30,262 bases of DNA, from the NCBI GenBank assembly GCA_045106895.1, contig JBGCFM010000267.1, positions 1 to 30,262 of the forward strand, in the 5' to 3' direction. This document shows, piece by piece, positions 8,692-18,545 of the stretch (position 1 is its first letter; each line of letters starts with the position of its first letter). The position numbers and the translations under genes were made by a program. This stretch comes from Polyangiales bacterium (GTDB lineage: Bacteria; Myxococcota_A; Polyangia; Polyangiales; Houyiibacteriaceae). The notes under the pieces were generated by a model. That model was given only the letters and a program-made list of their open reading frames with translations. It had not been told where the DNA came from and made no database searches.

Positions 8692-10095
8692 TCATCGGTC
8701 TCGGCACGAGAGACCAAAGAGCATGGTGCTGTTGAGTGGTTCGCCTCGTTGACCCACGGTGTGCGAGAGGTGAATCGGAGCGCTCCACGCGGAGTCGACC
8801 TGAATGCGGCCGGTGGGCGCATTTGTCCGCGATGTTCGCGCCCGAAAGACCGCGTCGCCCTCGTGATCGATGTACGAAACGATGTACTCCCCGCCACGCT
8901 CGCTCTGCGGCGAGTAGCTAAGACCGATGGCCAAGCCAAAGTCCGTCGCCTGCATCTCAACGTTTGTCGGCTCTCGCGGGTTCAGCGTTCGGTAGTTCTC
9001 AAAGACCACCTCTCCTCGCCGACTGAGGACGCGTTGAAAGAGCCCAAGCTCATGCGCGAAGGCGATCACGCGGGCACCGACCTGAAATGGCCAGGCTCCA
9101 ATGCCCGTCACCAGCGCGTCCGGCCGAAGGCCGCCTTCTACGTTTATCTCTGGGACAGCCGCCGCACGTGGCCAATCATAGCGCTCCGCGGAACCGCTCA
9201 GTGGGGAACCGATGATCTCAACGCCTGAGCCCAAACGCGCGATGGCGTCGGCGCGTTCGGTAAGAGGCACCGGAGCATCACGAAGTGCGCCTCTCGAGTC
9301 CAAGCGCACGATCGCCGGGTTCCCTGAAGCGCATTCGGGTGGGTCCGTGATCAGCACCCAGCCCTCGCCGTCATGGTCGATGCCCCGGCACGCAGCGGTC
9401 GGGCAGCCCGGTGGCCCGACGGGGCGGCTCACGCGCGTGACCGTACCATCGGCGGCGCGAATGTAGATCTGGTCTCCGGTACACACCGCAACTTCATTGC
9501 CGAAAGCGGCGGCGTACGCGGGTCCGCCGGCGGGGCCCATGACGATCTCTTCGCTTCCCACATAGCGGCCGTCGTCGCCCATGCTGATGAACTGGGCGAG
9601 GACTCGTGCTGGCCGGTCGAAACACGCTCGCGCTTCCGTCACGATGGGGAGAAAGCGACCGTCGGAGAGCGCGACGATTTGCACGTCGCTGACATGACCA
9701 CAGTCGACGGACGGCCACTCCAGGATGCCATCAAAGCGGCCGAGGAACTGCTCGCAGGGCAGCGGGCGAATCGGCGGATCTGTCATAGTGTCTCCGCCGC
9801 CATCGACGAGCCCCGCGTCGCTGAACGCGTCGGGAATGAACGCATCGCGGAGAGCGCCATCTGGCTCGGTCGTGTCACCAAAACCGACGTCGCCGATTCC
9901 ACTATCCCTTGCTCCCCTCGCGTCGGGGCTTCCGCTCGCGTCACGACGCGGGACGTCGAATCGCGCCGCGTCGAGAGCCGAGGCATCGCGTCCGGCGTCC
10001 CCGTCCTCCGACTCGCCAAGTCCGTGAGACAAATAGCAGCCGCTCAACGGCAACATGCAGAGAACCACGACGAGTGATGACGGTGCTGCGCCCAT
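8692..10095 (-). CDS. Lipoprotein with DAG-rich linker and beta-rich C-terminal domain
   Basis: Signal peptide and lipobox LSGC-YLSH from ATG 10095, followed by an acidic DAG/DAS/DGG low-complexity linker. Confidence 0.75.
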   Translation of the reverse strand: MGAAPSSLVVVLCMLPLSGCYLSHGLGESEDGDAGRDASALDAARFDVPRRDASGSPDARGARDSGIGDVGFGDTTEPDGALRDAFIPDAFSDAGLVDGGGDTMTDPPIRPLPCEQFLGRFDGILEWPSVDCGHVSDVQIVALSDGRFLPIVTEARACFDRPARVLAQFISMGDDGRYVGSEEIVMGPAGGPAYAAAFGNEVAVCTGDQIYIRAADGTVTRVSRPVGPPGCPTAACRGIDHDGEGWVLITDPPECASGNPAIVRLDSRGALRDAPVPLTERADAIARLGSGVEIIGSPLSGSAERYDWPRAAAVPEINVEGGLRPDALVTGIGAWPFQVGARVIAFAHELGLFQRVLSRRGEVVFENYRTLNPREPTNVEMQATDFGLAIGLSYSPQSERGGEYIVSYIDHEGDAVFRARTSRTNAPTGRIQVDSAWSAPIHLSHTVGQRGEPLNSTMLFGLSCRDR

Positions 10096-10295
10096 GCACC
10101 CAATCTGCCATCGAAGTTCGGCAGCAACAATCGAACCCACGAGCACCAGAGAATTGGGACACGCACATAACCCAATCAGAGGAGACGACCGCCGCGTTTG
10201 GTGCTCAGGTGTCGTAGAGGCCGTTGGAGAACTCGATGACGTAGGGTGCGCAGGCGTCGGCGACCCGCAAAGCTCCCACCAGGATGAGCGGCGGC

Positions 10296-11699
10296 CTACA
10301 ACGCGGCAGGCAGATCCGACGACCCCATCAGGTACTCGTCGATGTCCCTCGCGACGCTGCGACCTTCGGCGATGGCCCAAACCACAAGGCTCTGGCCGCG
10401 GCGGCAGTCTCCCGCGACGAAGCGACCATCACGTCCTGCGCCAAATCGAGCGCCGTCCATGGCGACTCCTTCGATGGGCTCAGGCCCCGTAAAGCCCATG
10501 GCCAAGAAGACCTGGTCCACTTCCAGCGTTGCGGCACTCCCGGGAATTTCGCGCATCACGCCGTCTTCGAAGACAACGCGCACCGTCTCGACACCCTCAA
10601 GCTTGTCCTCGCCGACGAAGCGCTTGGTCAACACGGCGAAGCGACGTGGGTCCTCGCCCGTCAGAGCCTCCGCCTCGAGGTGGCCATAGTCCGTGCGAAA
10701 CACCTGCGGCCACTGTGGCCATGCGTTGTCTGCGCTCCGCTGCTCCGGCGGACGAGGCATGATCTCAAAGGCCGTCACGCTCGCGCACCCTTGGCGAAGC
10801 ACCGTGGCGATGCAGTCTGTCCCCGTGTCGCCGCCGCCGATAACCAGGACCTTCTTGCCCTTCGCCGAGAGCGTCGCAGCGCGCTCTTCCATCAGCGCCG
10901 CCGTACTCTCGGTGAGGAGCTCCATCGCGAAGTGAACGCCAGGGAGTTCACGCCCAGGGATGATGATGTCGCGAGGCTTTGTCGCGCCCGTCGCCAAGAG
11001 GACCGCGTCATGCTGTTCGTGGAGTTCGTCGAGGACCGCGCCGCTGACGTTGGTGTTCGTCTCGAAGAGCACCCCTTCGGTCCGCAGCTGGTCGACACGT
11101 CGCTGCACCAGGGACTTGTCGAGCTTCATGTTGGGGATGCCGTAGTGCAAGAGGCCTCCGATGCGGTCCGCGCGCTCGAAGACCGTCACGTCATGACCCA
11201 CGCGCCTTAGCTGCTGCGCCGCGGCGAGTCCGGCGGGACCCGAGCCGACGATGGCTACGGTCTTTCCGGTCTCTACTTGGGGCGGCTCCGGCACGACCCA
11301 GCCTTCGGCAAATGCACGGTCGACGATGGCCTGCTCGATGTTCTCAATAGTCACGGCTTCGTTTTGAAGCCCGAGGACGCAGGCGCCTTCGCAGGGCGCC
11401 GGGCACACACGCCCCGTGAACTCCGGGAAGTTGTTGGTGGCGTGGAGGCGCTCCGACGCCTCGCGCCAAAGCCCGCGATAGACGAGGTCGTTCCACTCAG
11501 GAATCAGATTATCGAGGGGGCACCCGTGGTCCGACTGGCAAAATGGAATGCCGCAGTTCATGCACCGCGCCGCTTGCTCCGTGAGCTGCTCTTCCCCCGC
11601 GGGCCGGAGGATCTCGCCGTAAGTCTTCAGGCGACGCTTCGCGTCTTCACTCGGCGTGACGACGCGGGGAAACTCGAGGAACCCGCTTGGCTTACCCAT
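10296..11699 (-). CDS. gltD: Glutamate synthase small (beta) subunit
   Basis: MGKPSGFLE start, RCMNCGIPFC..GCP, NNFPEFTGRVCPAPCEGAC, GSGPAG, GGGDTGTDC, GDCRRGQSLVVWAI. Overlaps the gltB stop by 8 bp. Confidence 0.97.
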   Translation of the reverse strand: MGKPSGFLEFPRVVTPSEDAKRRLKTYGEILRPAGEEQLTEQAARCMNCGIPFCQSDHGCPLDNLIPEWNDLVYRGLWREASERLHATNNFPEFTGRVCPAPCEGACVLGLQNEAVTIENIEQAIVDRAFAEGWVVPEPPQVETGKTVAIVGSGPAGLAAAQQLRRVGHDVTVFERADRIGGLLHYGIPNMKLDKSLVQRRVDQLRTEGVLFETNTNVSGAVLDELHEQHDAVLLATGATKPRDIIIPGRELPGVHFAMELLTESTAALMEERAATLSAKGKKVLVIGGGDTGTDCIATVLRQGCASVTAFEIMPRPPEQRSADNAWPQWPQVFRTDYGHLEAEALTGEDPRRFAVLTKRFVGEDKLEGVETVRVVFEDGVMREIPGSAATLEVDQVFLAMGFTGPEPIEGVAMDGARFGAGRDGRFVAGDCRRGQSLVVWAIAEGRSVARDIDEYLMGSSDLPAAL

Positions 11700-14600
11700 G
11701 AGCAACCTCCTTCTGCGTGTCCCTCGCCGCAAGAATCCGGGCATATTCGTTCGGGAGCACGAGGACAAACTCCCCCGCGGCCTCCGCCCAGCGAGCGAGC
11801 AGCTCGTTTGCGCGAGGACTGCCGGTCTCCTCGCGATGCGCCTCGAGCATCATGCGAAGCGTCTCGCGTTGCTGATCGTCTGGCTCGACGACACTCACAG
11901 TCTCGACGTTGCACCTCGGCACAAAAACGTCGTCGGGGTCCCACACGTAGGCCACGCCGCCGCTCATACCGGCGGCGAAGTTTCTACCGGTCTCGCCGAT
12001 CACGACTACGGCGCCCCCCGTCATGTACTCGCAGCCGTGGTCACCGACGCCTTCCACCACCGCGTGCGCGCCGCTGTTTCGGACGGCGAAACGTTCGCCG
12101 GCGATGCCGCAAAAATAGGCTTCGCCGTGAACCGCGCCATAGAGCGCGACGTTGCCGACGATGACGTTCTCGTGGGGTGCAAAGGTGCTGCGGCGGTCCG
12201 GTCGGACGCTGATTTTTCCGCCGCTCAATCCCTTGCCCACGGAGTCGTTGGCTTCGCCTTCGAGGTCGAGGCGCACGCCCCTGGCCAGCCACGCGCCGAA
12301 GCTCTGACCCGCCGCTCCGCGGAAGCGAAAGGTGAGCGTGTCCGGCGCAAGCTCGACGCGTGCCTTGGAAAGACGATGCGAGAGCAAGGTTCCGACGGCC
12401 CGGTCACGCGTGCAGATCAGCAAGTGCGACTCCAGCCTGGCAGGCCCAATGCGGTCTGCTTCTTGGTGAAACCAAGGACTTGCCAGCTCGACGAGGCGAT
12501 TGTCGAGGACCTGGTCGAGGCCATGGTCTTGACCGCGCATGTGCCGCACTTCCGTGCCGGGCCGAAGGGCCCGAGCCGGGGTCAGCATCGCGCTGAGGTC
12601 CAGGTCGACGGTCCGGGCGTTCACGCGACGCGGATCCATCTCGAGCACCTCGACGCGACCGATCATCTCGTCGACGCTTCGAAAGCCAAGTCCCGCCATG
12701 ATGCGGCGCGCGTGCTCGGCGACCATCATCAAATAGTTGATGACGCTCTCCGGCTCTCCGTCGAAGCGTTCCCGGAGCACGGGGTCTTGCGTCGCGATGC
12801 CCACTGGGCAGGTGTTGAGGTGGCACTTCCGCATCATGAGGCAGCCAAGCGTCACCAGCGGCGCCGTCGAGAAACCAAACTCCTCGGCTCCGAGGAGCGC
12901 TGCGATAACGACGTCACGCCCAGTCTTGAGCTGCCCGTCGGCTTGGATGACGACGCGGCTTCGCAGGTCGCTCTGCACGAGGGTCTGATGCGCCTCAGCG
13001 ATGCCCAGCTCCCAAGGAAGCCCCGTGTGCTTCACGCTCGTGAGCGGCGACGCGCCGGTGCCTCCGTCGTGACCGCTGATGAGGATGTGCTCCGCGTGGG
13101 CCTTGGCGACGCCCGCGGCGATGGTGCCGACGCCGGCTTCGCTCACCAGCTTGACGCTGATGCGCGCGTCGGGGTTCGCGCACTTCAGGTCGAAGACAAG
13201 CTCCGCGAGGTCTTCGATGGAGTAGATATCGTGATGCGGCGGCGGCGAGATGAGCCCGATACCTGGAGTCGAGTGGCGAACGCGGGCAATGACGGCATCG
13301 ACCTTACGTCCCGGGAGCTCGCCTCCCTCGCCGGGCTTCGCGCCCTGGGCCATCTTGATCTGAAGCTCGTCCGCGTGTGTGAGGTACTCGATGGTCACGC
13401 CGAATCGTCCGGAGGCGACCTGCTTGATGGCGCTCCGCCGCGGGTTCGTTTTGCCCGGCTTTCCGTCCACGAGGATCGGCAAGTATCGCGCCGGGTCCTC
13501 CCCGCCTTCGCCGGTGTTCGACTTCGCCCCAAGAGCGTTCATCGCGCGCGCCAGAGTCTCGTGCGTCTCCTTGCTGATAGAACCGAAGCTCATGGCGCCG
13601 GTGGCAAAGCGCCGCACGATGAGCGACGCGGGCTCCACCTCATCGAGAGGGATCGGCGTCGTCGAGCGAAAACGAAGCAACCCGCGCAACGTGCAACGCG
13701 CCTCTTCGCTCTCGTCCACGTTGGCGGCGAAGTCCCAGTAGGCGCTCTCATCATTGAATCGCGCGGCTCGTTGAAGCGTGGTGATTGCGTTCGGGTTCCA
13801 CATTCGTTTTTCGCCGCCGGAGCGCCAGTGGAACTGTCCGTCGTTCGGCAGAATCCGCGGCGACGCGGCGCGGGACCGGCTCTTCGTCGAATAGGCGCGC
13901 TCATGGCGCCGAACCGCGTCGTCCGCGAGCGTCGAAAAACCGATGCCTTTGATTCGGCTGACGGTGCCGGTAAAGCACTGGTCGATGAGCGTTTGGCTGA
14001 GCCCGACGGCTTCGAAGATCTGCGCGCCCTTGTACGACTGGAGGGTGGAGATCCCCATCTTCGCCAGGACCTTGAGCATGCCTTTGCCGACGGCCTTCTT
14101 GTACGCTTCGACGACCTCGTCACGCGACATCGAGAGCTGGCCTTCGCCCGCAGCTTGCCAGAGTGACTCGAAGGCCAGGTAGGGGTTGACGGCGTCAGCG
14201 CCGAAGCCAACCAGGCAGCAATGGTGATGGACCTCGCGGGCTTCGCCGCTCTCGGCAATGAGACCGACGCGCGTCCGTTTGCTGACGCGCGTCAGGTGCT
14301 GATGAACAGCGCCCACGGCCAGTAGGCTACTGATGGGCACGGCGTCGCGCCCGGCGTTTCGGTCCGAAAGAACGATGAGCGAGTAGCCCTCGTCGACGGC
14401 GGCTTCCGCCTCAGCGGCGATGCGCCGAAGGGACACGTCGAGGCCGGCGGCGCCGCGCGATCGAGGCCAGGTGCAGTCGATGACCTGTGTTTCAAAGGTC
14501 CGCGGTTCAAGCGAACTCGACTCGACGCGGCTCACCTGAACGAGCGCGTGCATCTCTTCGTTGGAGAGAATCGGATGGGGGAGGCGGAGCCGTCGGCAGT

Positions 14601-16299
14601 GCTCCGGGCCCACGTCGAGAAGGTTCCCCTCTGGGCCGCAGTAGCAGCGCAGCGACATGATGACCTCCTCCCGAATCGAATCGATGGGCGGGTTCGTCAC
14701 CTGCGCGAAGAGCTGCTTGAAGTAGTCGTAGAGCAGCCGCGGCTTTTCGCTGAGACAAGCGAGCGCGGCGTCGTTGCCCATGGAACCGAGGGGGTCGCGC
14801 TTCTGCACGACCATCGGCAGGAGCATCATCTCCAGGGTCTCCGTCGTGTACCCGAACATGGCGCTTCGTTGAAGCAGGGTCTCTGGCTCAAAGCGCGCAG
14901 ATGCCGCCGGTACCGTATCGACGATCTGCTTTAGCGTGAGCCGGCCCTCTTCGAGCCACTTCGCGTAGGGCTCTTTGCCGGCGATGCGCTCTTTGACTTC
15001 TGCGTCCGGGAGCATGCGCCCTTCTTCAAAGTCGACGAGGAACATGCGACCCGGCCGAAGGCGGCCCTTCTCTTTCACGCGCTCGTGATCGATGGGGAGC
15101 GCTCCCGCCTCGCTGGCCATCACCACGGTTCCATCGTGGGTCAGGAGCCACCGGCTGGGGCGCAATCCGTTCCGGTCCAGCACCGCGCCGATGAAACGAC
15201 CGTCCGTAAAAGCGATGGACGCTGGGCCGTCCCAGGGCTCCATCAAGCAGGAGTGGTACTCGTAGAACGCGCGTTTCTCCGCGCTCATAGACGGGTCTTT
15301 CTGCCACGCCTCGGGGATCATCATCATCATCGCCGCGGGGAGCGAGCGGCCGCCCATCCAGAGCATCTCGAGGACGTTGTCGAAGTTGCCCGAGTCGGAC
15401 TGAAAGGGCTCCGCGATGGGAAAACACTTTGGCAGCTCGTCACCAAAGCGTTCGCTGTGAAGCACTCGCTCGCGGTCGTGCATGGAGTTAACGTTGCCGC
15501 GAAGCGTGTTGATCTCGCCGTTGTGGCTCATGCAGCGCAGAGGCTGCGCCCTGTCCCACGTGGGAAACGTGTTGGTGCTAAAGCGCGAGTGCACCATCGC
15601 GAGGTGCGACTTGAAGGACCAGTCGGAGAGGTCCGGGTAAAACGTGCGCAGCTGCTCCGCCGTCAGCATCCCTTTGTAGACGATGACGCGCGGCGAGAGG
15701 GTGCAGACGTAGACCTTCTCGGACTGACGCAGACGGGCGTCGCTGCGCAGGGCGGTCCCGGCGGCTTTTCGGATGATGTAGAGCTGCCGTTCGAATTCCG
15801 CGTCGCCCTCGAGCGTTTCCTTTGGAATGCCCGAGCCAACGAAGAGCTGCTCGATGGCGGGCATGCTCTGCCGCGCTGTCGGTCCAAGGTCAGCACCTTT
15901 GGGGTCCGTCGGTACGACACGCCAACCAAGGAAGGTCTGTCCTTGCTCCGCGATGATGCGCTCGAAGGTTCGTTTGCAGTGCGCACGCTCCTCACGGTCC
16001 TGCGGCAAAAACACGTTCCCCGCGGCGTAACGCCCGGGCGGCGGCAAGGTGACGCCGAGCTCATCGAGGGCGACGCGCGCGAGCAACTCGTGCGGCAGCC
16101 CCGTGAGGATTCCAGCGCCATCGCCGGAGTTCGCCTCGGCACCGCTCGCGCCGCGGTGCGCCATGCTGCGAAGAACTCGATCGGCGTCGACGATGATCTG
16201 GTGGGAACGCTCTCGCTTGAGACTCGCCACAAAGCCGACGCCACAAGCATCGTGTTCGAAGGCTGGGTCGTAGAGCCCATGCGGGCTTGGCAGGCTCAT
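11692..16299 (-). CDS. gltB: Glutamate synthase large (alpha) subunit
   Basis: HDA|CGVG Ntn nucleophile, HSRFSTNTFP, HNGEINT, FAQVTNPPID, KMAQGAKPGEGG, 3Fe-4S motif CLMMRKCHLNTC and GXGXG C-terminus. Start ATG 16299 has a GAGG RBS. Confidence 0.98.
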   Translation of the reverse strand: MSLPSPHGLYDPAFEHDACGVGFVASLKRERSHQIIVDADRVLRSMAHRGASGAEANSGDGAGILTGLPHELLARVALDELGVTLPPPGRYAAGNVFLPQDREERAHCKRTFERIIAEQGQTFLGWRVVPTDPKGADLGPTARQSMPAIEQLFVGSGIPKETLEGDAEFERQLYIIRKAAGTALRSDARLRQSEKVYVCTLSPRVIVYKGMLTAEQLRTFYPDLSDWSFKSHLAMVHSRFSTNTFPTWDRAQPLRCMSHNGEINTLRGNVNSMHDRERVLHSERFGDELPKCFPIAEPFQSDSGNFDNVLEMLWMGGRSLPAAMMMMIPEAWQKDPSMSAEKRAFYEYHSCLMEPWDGPASIAFTDGRFIGAVLDRNGLRPSRWLLTHDGTVVMASEAGALPIDHERVKEKGRLRPGRMFLVDFEEGRMLPDAEVKERIAGKEPYAKWLEEGRLTLKQIVDTVPAASARFEPETLLQRSAMFGYTTETLEMMLLPMVVQKRDPLGSMGNDAALACLSEKPRLLYDYFKQLFAQVTNPPIDSIREEVIMSLRCYCGPEGNLLDVGPEHCRRLRLPHPILSNEEMHALVQVSRVESSSLEPRTFETQVIDCTWPRSRGAAGLDVSLRRIAAEAEAAVDEGYSLIVLSDRNAGRDAVPISSLLAVGAVHQHLTRVSKRTRVGLIAESGEAREVHHHCCLVGFGADAVNPYLAFESLWQAAGEGQLSMSRDEVVEAYKKAVGKGMLKVLAKMGISTLQSYKGAQIFEAVGLSQTLIDQCFTGTVSRIKGIGFSTLADDAVRRHERAYSTKSRSRAASPRILPNDGQFHWRSGGEKRMWNPNAITTLQRAARFNDESAYWDFAANVDESEEARCTLRGLLRFRSTTPIPLDEVEPASLIVRRFATGAMSFGSISKETHETLARAMNALGAKSNTGEGGEDPARYLPILVDGKPGKTNPRRSAIKQVASGRFGVTIEYLTHADELQIKMAQGAKPGEGGELPGRKVDAVIARVRHSTPGIGLISPPPHHDIYSIEDLAELVFDLKCANPDARISVKLVSEAGVGTIAAGVAKAHAEHILISGHDGGTGASPLTSVKHTGLPWELGIAEAHQTLVQSDLRSRVVIQADGQLKTGRDVVIAALLGAEEFGFSTAPLVTLGCLMMRKCHLNTCPVGIATQDPVLRERFDGEPESVINYLMMVAEHARRIMAGLGFRSVDEMIGRVEVLEMDPRRVNARTVDLDLSAMLTPARALRPGTEVRHMRGQDHGLDQVLDNRLVELASPWFHQEADRIGPARLESHLLICTRDRAVGTLLSHRLSKARVELAPDTLTFRFRGAAGQSFGAWLARGVRLDLEGEANDSVGKGLSGGKISVRPDRRSTFAPHENVIVGNVALYGAVHGEAYFCGIAGERFAVRNSGAHAVVEGVGDHGCEYMTGGAVVVIGETGRNFAAGMSGGVAYVWDPDDVFVPRCNVETVSVVEPDDQQRETLRMMLEAHREETGSPRANELLARWAEAAGEFVLVLPNEYARILAARDTQKEVAHG

Positions 16300-16338
16300 C
16301 TTTGCCTCATCGTGTGTTCTCGGGACGTCGTAGAACAC

Positions 16339-16366
16339 ATTCTAGGGATTTGACGCGCCGTGTCAA
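16339..16366 (-). promoter_or_regulatory. Sigma70-type promoter of gltBD
   Basis: TTGACA (16366-16361) - 16 nt - TAGAAT (16344-16339), about 40 nt upstream of the gltB ATG. Confidence 0.75.
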
Positions 16367-16445
16367 TCGACGCCGCAGAGCGTCACCGCTCCCTCAACCC
16401 ACGCCTGGAAGCATCCGAGCCGCGAGGGGTCGTGACGGATGAACC

Positions 16446-17891
16446 TCACCCGAAGGCGGGCACCCAGCCGCCGAAACGGTCCTCGAGTTCGCGCGCGACG
16501 GCGATGGTCAGAGAGTCATTTCCATGGGCGGCGATCACCTGAACTCCGAGCGGCAGACCCTTGTCGCCGAGGCCAAGAGGGACCTGCGTTGACGGCAGTT
16601 CCATCGCGTTGATCACGCAGCAATACGAGCAGTAGAAGGGGTGGAGGAGCGGCAGATTATGACGCGGCGCGACGGTGGGGTACGAGGGGTAGAGCATCAC
16701 CACCGGGCCATCGTCTTTACGCAGCAGCGCATCTAACTCCGCGCGAAGTCTGCGACCCATCTCGATCATCTTCGTTCCGTGGCTCGGCACGAGATCCGTG
16801 AGCCGCTCAAGAAGCGCGAGGAGAACCGCCGGAAGCGTGTGCTCCGAGCGACGCGTGATGAGCTTGATGACTTCTGGAACGGCGCGAAACGGCTCGTCGC
16901 CACCGAGAAGCTCCTCGAAGGGAGTCCCGCCAGCGGCGTGCAACATCGCGCCCCAGATCTCGAAGCCATGCTTCAGCCCGGGGACCCGGCGCTCTTCGAC
17001 ACGCGCGCCGAGGCTCGCCAAGTGGTCGGCAACTCGTTGCTGAGCATCCCGAAGCTCGCCGCTGACCGGCGTACGGCCGCCGTCGTCGGGCACATGAATG
17101 ACGCGGAGCGCGCGATAGTCGACGGTGGTTTCTTCGAGCGCCTGTGGATACGCAAAGGAGTCGCGCTCGCTTGGGCCCGCGAGCAAACGAAGGAGCGGAT
17201 AGAGGTCTTCTGCTCGTCGCGCAAAAGGACCGGTCGTGAGGTACGCCAAGGCGCCGCCTTCGGCGACGGGGAACTGCCCTGCGTTCGGAACGAGTCCGCT
17301 GCTGGGTTTGTGCCCAAAGATACCGTTGAAGAACGCCGGCATTCGAATGGAGCCGCCAACGTCGGAACCCAGACCAAACGCCGCGCCTCCCGCAGCCACG
17401 ATGGCGCCTTCCCCGCCGCTGCTGCCCCCGACGATGTGCGCGGTGTTGTAGGGGTTGTTCGTGCGCCCGTAGACCTTGTTGTTCGATTCCATCCACATGC
17501 ACAGCTCGGAGATGTTCGTGACGCCGAGCGGGATGCCGCCGGCGGCGCGGATGCGTGACACCACCGGCGCGTCGTCTTCGGCGCGGTGATGCGCGCGCGA
17601 AACGTGGCCAGCGCTGTTGGGCATGCCCGTGAGCGCGAAGCACTCTTTGATGGAGCACGGGACTCCATGAAAAACCGGGAGCCCATCCACGCCTTCGCGG
17701 GCTAGGCGTTCGTCCGCGGCGTCGGCCTCGCTGCGGGCCTCGGCGAAGCGTTCGGCGACGATGGCGTTGAGCGCTGGGTTTACGCGCTCCACTCGGCGAA
17801 TGTGCGCGTCCACCACGTCGCGCGATGAAAGCTCACCGGTCCGAATCCGCTTTGCGAGCGCCGTCGCGCTGGAGGTCGTGAGGTCTTTCAT
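16446..17891 (-). CDS. Amidase signature family enzyme (FAAH2-like)
   Basis: GVPCSIKE (Lys), GGSSGGE and GSDVGGSIRMPA (Ser-cisSer-Lys triad), plus GLPLGVQ. Confidence 0.93.
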   Translation of the reverse strand: MKDLTTSSATALAKRIRTGELSSRDVVDAHIRRVERVNPALNAIVAERFAEARSEADAADERLAREGVDGLPVFHGVPCSIKECFALTGMPNSAGHVSRAHHRAEDDAPVVSRIRAAGGIPLGVTNISELCMWMESNNKVYGRTNNPYNTAHIVGGSSGGEGAIVAAGGAAFGLGSDVGGSIRMPAFFNGIFGHKPSSGLVPNAGQFPVAEGGALAYLTTGPFARRAEDLYPLLRLLAGPSERDSFAYPQALEETTVDYRALRVIHVPDDGGRTPVSGELRDAQQRVADHLASLGARVEERRVPGLKHGFEIWGAMLHAAGGTPFEELLGGDEPFRAVPEVIKLITRRSEHTLPAVLLALLERLTDLVPSHGTKMIEMGRRLRAELDALLRKDDGPVVMLYPSYPTVAPRHNLPLLHPFYCSYCCVINAMELPSTQVPLGLGDKGLPLGVQVIAAHGNDSLTIAVARELEDRFGGWVPAFG

Positions 17892-17948
17892 CGAGGAGAG
17901 TTTCGATGATTTCTCGCCGCTCGTCCACGACGTGTACCCTGCGTCGAC

Positions 17949-18326
17949 ATGAACGAGGCCCCGAAATCATCCCGAGCGGCGCGCGCAGCCCAGCGACAGC
18001 TCGACGCCTACAACAAGCGCGACATCGACGCCTTTGCCGCTTGCTTTCATCCGGACGTTCAGCTCTTCGACTTGAAGAGCGGTGAGCTTCGAGGAGAGCC
18101 TGGTCGCGCCGCGCTTCACGCAAGCTACGGCGCTGTCTTCGAGCGCAGCACCGAGCTTCACGCCGAGGTCACCTCCCGCACCGTCGTCGGAAACACAGCC
18201 TTCGACCGAGAGGTGGTCACAGGCTTGCGCGAGCACACCGTCCACGCGATGGCGATCTACGAAGTCGACGAAGAGGAGCTGATCACGCGCGTGTGGTTCG
18301 TCGTCGATGACACGGGTCCGGGCTGA
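17949..18326 (+). CDS. SnoaL-like / NTF2 family protein
   Basis: AQRQLDAYNKRDIDAFAACFHPDV...GRAAL...Y...RTVVGN..DRE...AMAIYEV...ITRVWF. Confidence 0.88.
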   Translation: MNEAPKSSRAARAAQRQLDAYNKRDIDAFAACFHPDVQLFDLKSGELRGEPGRAALHASYGAVFERSTELHAEVTSRTVVGNTAFDREVVTGLREHTVHAMAIYEVDEEELITRVWFVVDDTGPG

Positions 18327-18545
18327 CTAGCTGCGCTCGCGGATGGTGCGCTTGAGTGAATCCACGATCGCTCCGAGCCCCGCGTCGTAGAACCGGGACG
18401 ATTCGCCTTCACGGTCCACCAAGGGACTGCTCGTGCGAATATCGTCTCCGTGGAGCTGATGGTGGAGCATCACAAGGGCTTTCAAGAGCGCCTGCGGCGT
18501 TGGTGTCTCCGCGTCCCACCCGATACGTATGTCGAGGTAGTGCCG

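Noticed and set aside
16313..16339. GTTC/GAAC palindrome as a LexA box
   Set aside because: Orientation and spacing do not fit the LexA boxes I know, and gltBD is not an expected SOS target.
11656..16353. Long plus-strand ORFs (836 aa at 11656..14166, 422 aa at 15085..16353) and similar ones such as 2751..4091, 4329..5273 and 22759..23739
   Set aside because: Antisense shadows of well-supported minus-strand genes, expected from high-GC3 codon bias, with no recognisable motifs.
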